Below the pieces are notes generated by a model. It saw only the letters and a program-made list of their open reading frames with translations, was not told where the DNA came from and made no database searches. This document shows positions 31,327-36,104 of a stretch of DNA of 36,104 nt, piece by piece. Source of the DNA: a virus; the IMG/VR virus record IMGVR_UViG_3300031414_000061, positions 1-36,104 of that record, one strand, 5' to 3'. How positions within the stretch are numbered: the stretch's first letter is position 1; every line of letters begins with the position of its first letter. The position numbers were made by a program, and so were the translations under genes.

Positions 31327-32131
31327 GAACGACTTTGACGAATTCTCGCAGCTGCTGGACGCTGCCTTCGACATTCTGGGGAAGACGCCGGCCGCCAAGG
31401 TGGTCAGCCCGACCGCCAAGGCCCTGTTCTTCCAGGCGCTGGCCGAGTATCCCCTGCCGCTGGTGCGCGCGGCGATCGGTGCGCACGTCAAGCGCGGCAA
31501 GTTCACGCCCACGCCCGGCGATATCGTGGATCACATCGAGGCCAGCACCAACGGCGACGGCCGCCCCGGGCCGGAAGAGGCCTGGGCGATCGCGCTGGCC
31601 AGCCAGGACGAGCGCGACACGGTGGTGTGGACGTCGGAGACCGCGCAGGCCTGGACGGTGGCGCGCCCGGTGATGGAGACCAGCGGCCCGATCAGCGCCC
31701 GCAAGACCTTCACCGAGACTTACACGCGCCTGATCGCTGCCGCGCGTGCCCAGCGCCGCCCGGTGGCGTGGTCGGCCCACCTGGGCTGGGACAAGGCCAT
31801 GCAGGCGCAGGTGCTGCAGCGCGCCACCGAGCAGGGCCTGCTGCCGGCGCCCAGCGTGGCCGGCCTGCTGCCGCCGCCAGAAGTGCCAGATTCGGAACTT
31901 TCCCCCGAGGGTCGCGCGCAGCTGGCCAAGGTAAAGCAGATGCTGGCCGACAGCGCCGCCGAACGGGAAAGCCGGCTGCAGGCCAAGGTGGACGCCCGCA
32001 ACGAGACCGAGGCCGAGTTCAAGCGCAACCTGAACCAGCGCGTGGCCGAGTACCAGCGGTTCGCCAAGCTGGCCGACCAGGTGCAGGTGACCCGGGCCGA
32101 GGGCGAGCGCGCGCAGCCGGCGGTGGAATGA
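31319..32131 (+). CDS. Putative replication protein (lambda P-like helicase loader?)
   Basis: I chose start 31319 (GGAG 9 nt upstream). HVKRGKFTPTPGDIVDHI resembles lambda P RRQNRPFLPSPGQFVAW. It lies directly after the initiator. The C-terminal third is a coiled coil. Confidence 0.7.
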   Translation: MRENDFDEFSQLLDAAFDILGKTPAAKVVSPTAKALFFQALAEYPLPLVRAAIGAHVKRGKFTPTPGDIVDHIEASTNGDGRPGPEEAWAIALASQDERDTVVWTSETAQAWTVARPVMETSGPISARKTFTETYTRLIAAARAQRRPVAWSAHLGWDKAMQAQVLQRATEQGLLPAPSVAGLLPPPEVPDSELSPEGRAQLAKVKQMLADSAAERESRLQAKVDARNETEAEFKRNLNQRVAEYQRFAKLADQVQVTRAEGERAQPAVE

Positions 32132-32865
32132 AGCAGTTTTTTGTGGGGATGCATCAGCCGTCCGATGCCAAGCACGTCGACTTCCCCTTCATCAGCGTGA
32201 ACCGGCTACGCCCGCGCAAGGCGCCGTTCGCTGTCCGGTCCTGGATCATGGACAGCGGCGCCTTCACCCAGATCATGAAGCACGGCGGCTACACCGAGGG
32301 CGTCGAGGTCTACGCCGCCGAGATCAAGCGGTGGGCCAAGAACGGGCAGCTGCTGGCCGCGGTGGCGCAGGATTACATGTGCGAGGCCCACATGCTCGAG
32401 CGCACCGGCCTGACGATCGAGGAACACCAGCGCCTGACGGTCGAGCGCTACGACGCCCTGGTGGCTTGCGACACCGGCGGCGTCTACATCATGCCGGTGC
32501 TGCAGGGCTATTCGCCGGCCGACTACGTGCGGCACATCGACATGTATGGCGACCGCCTGGCGCCCGGCATGTGGGTCGGTGTCGGGTCGGTCTGTAAGCG
32601 CAACGGCGACCCGCGCGCGATCGAGGCGGTGCTGTGGACGATCAAGCAGCGCCGGCCCGACCTGCGCCTGCATGGCTTCGGGCTGAAGGCGACCGCGTTT
32701 TCGTCGTCCCTGGTGCTGGAACTGCTGCACACCGCCGACAGCATGGCATGGAGCTACGCCGCGCGCCGAGAGGGCCGCAACCAAAACGACTGGCGAGAGG
32801 CGCAGGCCTACGTCGACCGAATCAACAGCAGGCCGCTGCAGTACGGCCTGCACTTGGAGAACTGA
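32128..32865 (+). CDS. DpdA-like DNA transglycosylase (tRNA-guanine transglycosylase superfamily)
   Basis: MKQFFVGMHQP...FISVNRL....WIMDSGAFTQ...AVAQDYMCE...TIEEHQRLTVERY..IMPVLQGYSPADY...GVGSVCKR...LRLHGFGLK...LHTADSMAWSYAAR matches the DpdA pattern I recall (F.G.H.P....lFvS.rrl...WalDSGgFtE...pqDwmCE...eHq..Tv.ny...ipVlQG...dY...GlGSvCrR...lHgFGvK...ADSmAWS..AR). ATGA coupling to the upstream gene. Confidence 0.65.
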   Translation: MKQFFVGMHQPSDAKHVDFPFISVNRLRPRKAPFAVRSWIMDSGAFTQIMKHGGYTEGVEVYAAEIKRWAKNGQLLAAVAQDYMCEAHMLERTGLTIEEHQRLTVERYDALVACDTGGVYIMPVLQGYSPADYVRHIDMYGDRLAPGMWVGVGSVCKRNGDPRAIEAVLWTIKQRRPDLRLHGFGLKATAFSSSLVLELLHTADSMAWSYAARREGRNQNDWREAQAYVDRINSRPLQYGLHLEN

Positions 32866-32868
32866 AGA

Positions 32869-33066
32869 ATGACCAAACAGCACCACCGCGCCATCCTGAC
32901 CGCTGACCAGGTGCGCCAGATGCGCGCCGCCCACGTCCCCGGCAAGGTCGGATATGAAACCCTGGCCGCCAGCTTTGGCTGCGGCATATCGACCGCCCGC
33001 GATATCTGCACCTACCGGACCCGCCGCGACGTCCAAGAGCTACCACCACCACAAGAGGGAACCTGA
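32869..33066 (+). CDS. Small HTH protein (65 aa), candidate late-gene regulator by position
   Basis: GYETLAASFGCGISTARDICTYRT is HTH-like. It is the last sizeable gene before the terminator and late promoter. Confidence 0.65.
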   Translation: MTKQHHRAILTADQVRQMRAAHVPGKVGYETLAASFGCGISTARDICTYRTRRDVQELPPPQEGT

Positions 33067-33070
33067 AACC

Positions 33071-33205
33071 ATGAAAACCGCCGCTATCGTCCTGCTGTGC
33101 TGGGGCGCCGCATCAGTGCCTGTCTGCCTGTTCGTCGCCGCCTTCATCCGCGCTGGATACCGCAAAAAGTGTGTTGACACGCAGGAACATTCCGCCGTAC
33201 ATTGA
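33071..33205 (+). CDS. Possible 44-aa membrane micro-protein
   Basis: MKTAAIVLLCWGAASVPVCLFVAAFIRAGYRKKCVDTQEHSAVH has one TM segment. GAGGGA lies about 10 nt upstream. Confidence 0.45.
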   Translation: MKTAAIVLLCWGAASVPVCLFVAAFIRAGYRKKCVDTQEHSAVH

Positions 33206-33255
33206 ACACGTCGCCGGTCCCCAGCTCTGTCGACTGTCTCCAATCCCCACCCTTC

Positions 33256-33294
33256 GGGCCGCCCTTGCGAAAGCATCGGCGGCCCTTTCTCTTT
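33256..33294 (+). terminator. Rho-independent terminator ending the rightward early/middle operon
   Basis: GGGCCGCC (33256-63) pairs perfectly with GGCGGCCC (33278-85), followed by TTTCTCTTT. Confidence 0.7.
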
Positions 33295-33398
33295 CGGCGC
33301 AGCCGATCGCCGCATCTGCATAAATTCGCCCGATTCCGCGTAAAAACCGCATTGCCATGACATTCCGCACCTGTTTTTGAACTAAATACGCTCATCCG

Positions 33399-33427
33399 TT
33401 GACTTTTATTCCGCGCAGAAATACATT
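33399..33427 (+). promoter_or_regulatory. Candidate late promoter upstream of terS
   Basis: TTGACT (33399-404), 17 nt, TACATT (33422-27), 30 nt upstream of the terS ATG. It sits within a cluster of ATTCCGC repeats. Confidence 0.5.
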
Positions 33428-33456
33428 CCACCGGGAATCACGAACAGGGGAATGGC

Positions 33457-33897
33457 ATGGGACGCAAGACGACATACACGGAAAAGGCCGCAAGCGAGAT
33501 CTGCCGCCGCATTGCTGAAGGTCAGCCACTGCGCCAGATCTGCCGTGATGACCACATGCCCGCATGGCAAACCGTTTATGGATGGATCGAGGCCCGGCCG
33601 CCGTTTGCCGAACGCATCGCGCGTGCGCGCGAGCTGGGCTTCGACGCCATTGCCGAAGAGGCGCTCGAGATCGCCGACACGCCGCAGATCGGCGAGACCG
33701 AGGAAACCAGCGAGGACGGCAAAAAGATCAAGCGCGAGGACATGCTGGGCCACCGGAAGCTGCAGGTTGAGACCCGGCTAAAACTGCTGTCCAAGTGGGC
33801 GCCGAAGAAGTACGGCGAGTCGATCCGCCAGGAGCTGACCGGCGCGAACGGCGGCCCGATCCAGATGCAATTCAGCGCGACGGACGCCGACCTGTGA
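33457..33897 (+). CDS. Terminase small subunit
   Basis: MGRKTTYTEKAASEICRRIAEGQPLRQICRDDHMPAWQTVYGWIEARPPFAERIARARELGFDAIAEEALEIAD...HRKLQVETRLKLLSKWAPKKYG is the classic HTH-type TerS pattern. AGGGGA RBS. Confidence 0.85.
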   Translation: MGRKTTYTEKAASEICRRIAEGQPLRQICRDDHMPAWQTVYGWIEARPPFAERIARARELGFDAIAEEALEIADTPQIGETEETSEDGKKIKREDMLGHRKLQVETRLKLLSKWAPKKYGESIRQELTGANGGPIQMQFSATDADL

Positions 33898-35303
33898 CCA
33901 CGCCGACCGGCTTCAAGCCGACCCCGCGGCAGCTGCTAGCGCAGCAGGTGCTGGCCAGCGCATGCACCTGGATCATGCTGTTCGGTGGTGGCCGATCGGG
34001 TAAGACCTTCCTGGTTGTCCGGAACATGATCCTGCGCGCGCTGAAGGCACCCGGGTCGCGCCACCTGATCGTGCGGTGGCGCTTCAACCACCTGAAGGCG
34101 TCGATCATGCGCGACACCTTCCCGAAGGTGATGCGGGTTTGCTATCCCGACCTGGTGAAGGGCGACGGCTGGGACATCAACATGTCCGAGGGCTTCGCCA
34201 AGATCCGCACCGGCGTCGATGACAAGGGCCAGCCGATCTATTCCGAGATCTGGTTCCTGGGCCTGGACGACAAGGACCGCATGGAGAAGGTGCTGGGCAT
34301 GGAGTTCGCGACCATCTACGTGAACGAGGCCAGCCAGATCCAGTGGGAAGGCGTGCAGCTGCTGCTGACCCGCCTGGCGCAGCGCTGCATGCAGGTGATC
34401 AACGGCGTGCCCCAGCCGCTGAAGTTGCGGTACCTGTTCGACTGCAACCCGCCCAGCAAGATGCATTGGACCTTCAAGGTCTTCAAGCAGAAGCTGGACC
34501 CGGAAACGAAGCAACCGCTGGCCAATCCGGACAACTACGACAGCTTCCAGATGAACCCGCGCGACAACGCGGCCAATCTGTCGCCGGAATACCTGGCCAC
34601 CCTGTCGGGCCTGTCCGAACGCATGCGCCGCCGCTTCGAACGCGGCGAATTCTCCGAGGCCACGCCGAACGCCCTGTTCGATGAAGCGGTGGTCGACCGC
34701 TGGCGCGCCGATCCCGAGGACGTGCCGGCCCTGGTGCGCGTGGTGGTGTCCGTCGACCCGAGTGGCGCCAGCGATGACGCCCAGAACGCGGATAACGACG
34801 AAGTGGGCATCACCGTCGAAGGCCTGGGCGTCGATGGCAATGCGTACCTGCTGGAAGACCTGACCGTGAAGGCCGGCCCGACGACATGGGGCGCCGTCGC
34901 CGTCCAGGCGTACCAGCGGCACAGCGCCGACGCGATCGTGGGCGAGTCGAACTTCGGCGGCGGCATGGTCAAGTTTGTGGTGCAGGCGGCGGCCGCCAAG
35001 CTGGGCATGCGCGTGAACTTCAAGATGGTCACCGCCAGCCGCGGCAAGGCCCAGCGCGCCGAACCCTTCAGCGTCCTATACGACCAGGGCAAGGTGCGCC
35101 ACGTCGGCCTGTTTCCCAAGCTGGAAGACGAGCTTTGTGCATTTTCCACATCGGGCTACACCGGCCCGAAATCACCGAACCGTGCCGACGCCCACGTGTG
35201 GGCCCTGGCCGAACTGTTCCCGGCCCTGGTCAAGGCGCCGAAAAAAGAGGCGCAAGCCAACACCGAAGACGACTACATGGGAGAAAGCGCATGGATGGGA
35301 TGA
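33894..35303 (+). CDS. Terminase large subunit
   Basis: GTG 33894 overlaps the terS stop (GTGA). Walker A is MLFGGGRSGKTF. The C-terminal nuclease-like half contains VVSVDPSG...DEVGI. Position between terS and portal agrees. Confidence 0.9.
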   Translation: MTTPTGFKPTPRQLLAQQVLASACTWIMLFGGGRSGKTFLVVRNMILRALKAPGSRHLIVRWRFNHLKASIMRDTFPKVMRVCYPDLVKGDGWDINMSEGFAKIRTGVDDKGQPIYSEIWFLGLDDKDRMEKVLGMEFATIYVNEASQIQWEGVQLLLTRLAQRCMQVINGVPQPLKLRYLFDCNPPSKMHWTFKVFKQKLDPETKQPLANPDNYDSFQMNPRDNAANLSPEYLATLSGLSERMRRRFERGEFSEATPNALFDEAVVDRWRADPEDVPALVRVVVSVDPSGASDDAQNADNDEVGITVEGLGVDGNAYLLEDLTVKAGPTTWGAVAVQAYQRHSADAIVGESNFGGGMVKFVVQAAAAKLGMRVNFKMVTASRGKAQRAEPFSVLYDQGKVRHVGLFPKLEDELCAFSTSGYTGPKSPNRADAHVWALAELFPALVKAPKKEAQANTEDDYMGESAWMG

Positions 35304-35728
35304 ACCTGAAAAAGACCGCGCTGGCCGCTGCTGTGCTGGCCAGCACCACCACCGACACCCGGCCGCTGAAACCTGGCCGGATCGTCCTGGGCGGCGCCAG
35401 TCTGGACTTGAGCTACAGCGGCATCGTGCCAATCGCCGACCGCGACCGGGTGCTGGAAATATCAAACTTGTTTACTTTACGTGAGGAAAGAGGCAATAAT
35501 TGCGCCAATTCCTTGATGCAAGATGTTTGTGAGCAAGCCGACCAGGCGAACAAACTTCTGATGCTCATGCCCGAGGCATTCGACCACGGCGGTCTGACTA
35601 CCGCCCAGCTGGTCGACTGGTACAGCCGCAAGTTCGGTTTTACCACCCTCCAAAGCACCCCCAAAGTCATTTTGATCAGACTGCCGCGCACCGCGGCGCA
35701 ACAATGGGCTGCTGCACATGGGCAATAA
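35300..35728 (+). CDS. Hypothetical protein between terL and portal (weak GNAT-like C-terminal pattern)
   Basis: ATGA-coupled start (alternatively 35291). LEISNLFTLREERGNNCANSLMQDVCEQADQANKLLMLMPEAFDHGGLTTAQLVDWYSRKFGF loosely resembles a GNAT core. An AT-rich patch lies at ~35455-35545. The ORF overlaps the portal start by 11 nt. Confidence 0.65.
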   Translation: MNLKKTALAAAVLASTTTDTRPLKPGRIVLGGASLDLSYSGIVPIADRDRVLEISNLFTLREERGNNCANSLMQDVCEQADQANKLLMLMPEAFDHGGLTTAQLVDWYSRKFGFTTLQSTPKVILIRLPRTAAQQWAAAHGQ

Positions 35729-36104
35729 AACGAACAGCTGGACCGACAGCGACCTGCTGAAGCGCATTCGCACGTTCACCGATACGGCGATCAAGGGCGA
35801 CAACGAAAACCGCCTGAACGCCGTGGCCGACCTGAAGTTTCTGGCCGGCGACCAGTGGGACGAGCAGATCAAGCGCCAGCGCATGCTTGAGGGCCGGCCG
35901 TGCCTGACCTTCAACCGCCTGCCGACCTACCTGCACCAGGTTACGAACGACCAGCGCCAGAACAAGGTAGGCATCAAGGTGCACCCGGTCGGCCACGGCG
36001 CCGACGATGAGGGCGCCGAGCTTTACCAGGGCATGATTCGCCAGATCGAGAACGGCAGCAACGCCGACACCGCCTACGACACCGCCGTGAACAGCGCCGC
36101 GGCC
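35718..36104 (+). CDS. Portal protein, N-terminal part; continues at 128..1858 after circular closure
   Basis: ATG at 35718 is the first start after an in-frame TGA at 35673. Translation is MGNKTNSWTDSDLLKRIRTFTDTAIKGDNENRLNAVADLKFLAGDQWDEQIKRQRMLEGRPCLTFNRLPTYLHQVTNDQRQNKVGIKVHPVG. The motif DLKFxxGxQWD...R...GRPxLTxNxL...V.N is a P22-like portal N-terminus. The frame joins ORF 2..1858 exactly. This ORF is absent from the track because it runs off the window end. Confidence 0.85.
   Translation, partial: MGNKTNSWTDSDLLKRIRTFTDTAIKGDNENRLNAVADLKFLAGDQWDEQIKRQRMLEGRPCLTFNRLPTYLHQVTNDQRQNKVGIKVHPVGHGADDEGAELYQGMIRQIENGSNADTAYDTAVNSAAA
35978..36104. repeat. Terminal direct repeat, copy 2 (identical to 1..127)
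   Basis: Same 127-nt string as the window start. Unit genome length is therefore 35,977 bp. Confidence 0.95.

Overview
The window is a complete, circularly closed genome of a high-GC tailed phage, about 35,977 bp, with GC in the mid-60s % judged by eye. It is not a chromosomal fragment. Bases 1-127 are repeated exactly at 35978-36104, and the contig was opened inside the portal gene. All family assignments come from motifs I read in the translations and recalled from memory; no database or HMM search was run.

There are three transcription blocks.

1. Late operon, + strand. It runs from a sigma70-like promoter near 33.40 kb, across the window ends, to a terminator near 16.75 kb. Gene order: terS, terL, small ORF, P22/Sf6-like portal, scaffold, P22/Sf6-like coat, two small proteins, gp4-like adaptor, an Asp/Asn beta-hydroxylase-family dioxygenase plus GNAT pair, three putative ejection/internal proteins, gp10-like tail hub, fiber, small ORF, beta-helix tailspike, then LydA-like holin, glucosaminidase endolysin and embedded Rz/Rz1.

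2. Leftward early operon, minus strand, 26082 down to 16951. It holds four small ORFs, a Cas4-like PD-(D/E)XK exonuclease, RecT, a 292-aa orphan, an SMC/SbcC-like ATPase, an AT-rich island with an HNH homing endonuclease, several orphans and two micro-ORFs absent from the ORF track.

3. Rightward early/middle operon, 26275-33205. It holds an HTH regulator, a small acidic protein, lambdoid nin-like genes (possible DUF1367-like, YbcO/DUF1364-like, RusA), two DNA methyltransferases, a replication initiator with an iteron origin inside its own gene, a lambda-P-like protein, a DpdA-like (TGT-family) transglycosylase and a small HTH protein.

I found no integrase, CI-type repressor, tRNA, CRISPR array or reverse transcriptase.

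The items most worth follow-up are:
- the dioxygenase+GNAT pair embedded in the virion operon;
- the DpdA-like gene, which has no preQ0 synthesis genes and sits beside two methyltransferases;
- the in-gene iteron array, whose poly-C spacers grow 6, 7, 8, 10;
- the recombination cluster, whose ATPase lacks the usual Walker-B glutamate;
- the ATGA-coupled micro-ORFs at the distal end of the leftward operon.
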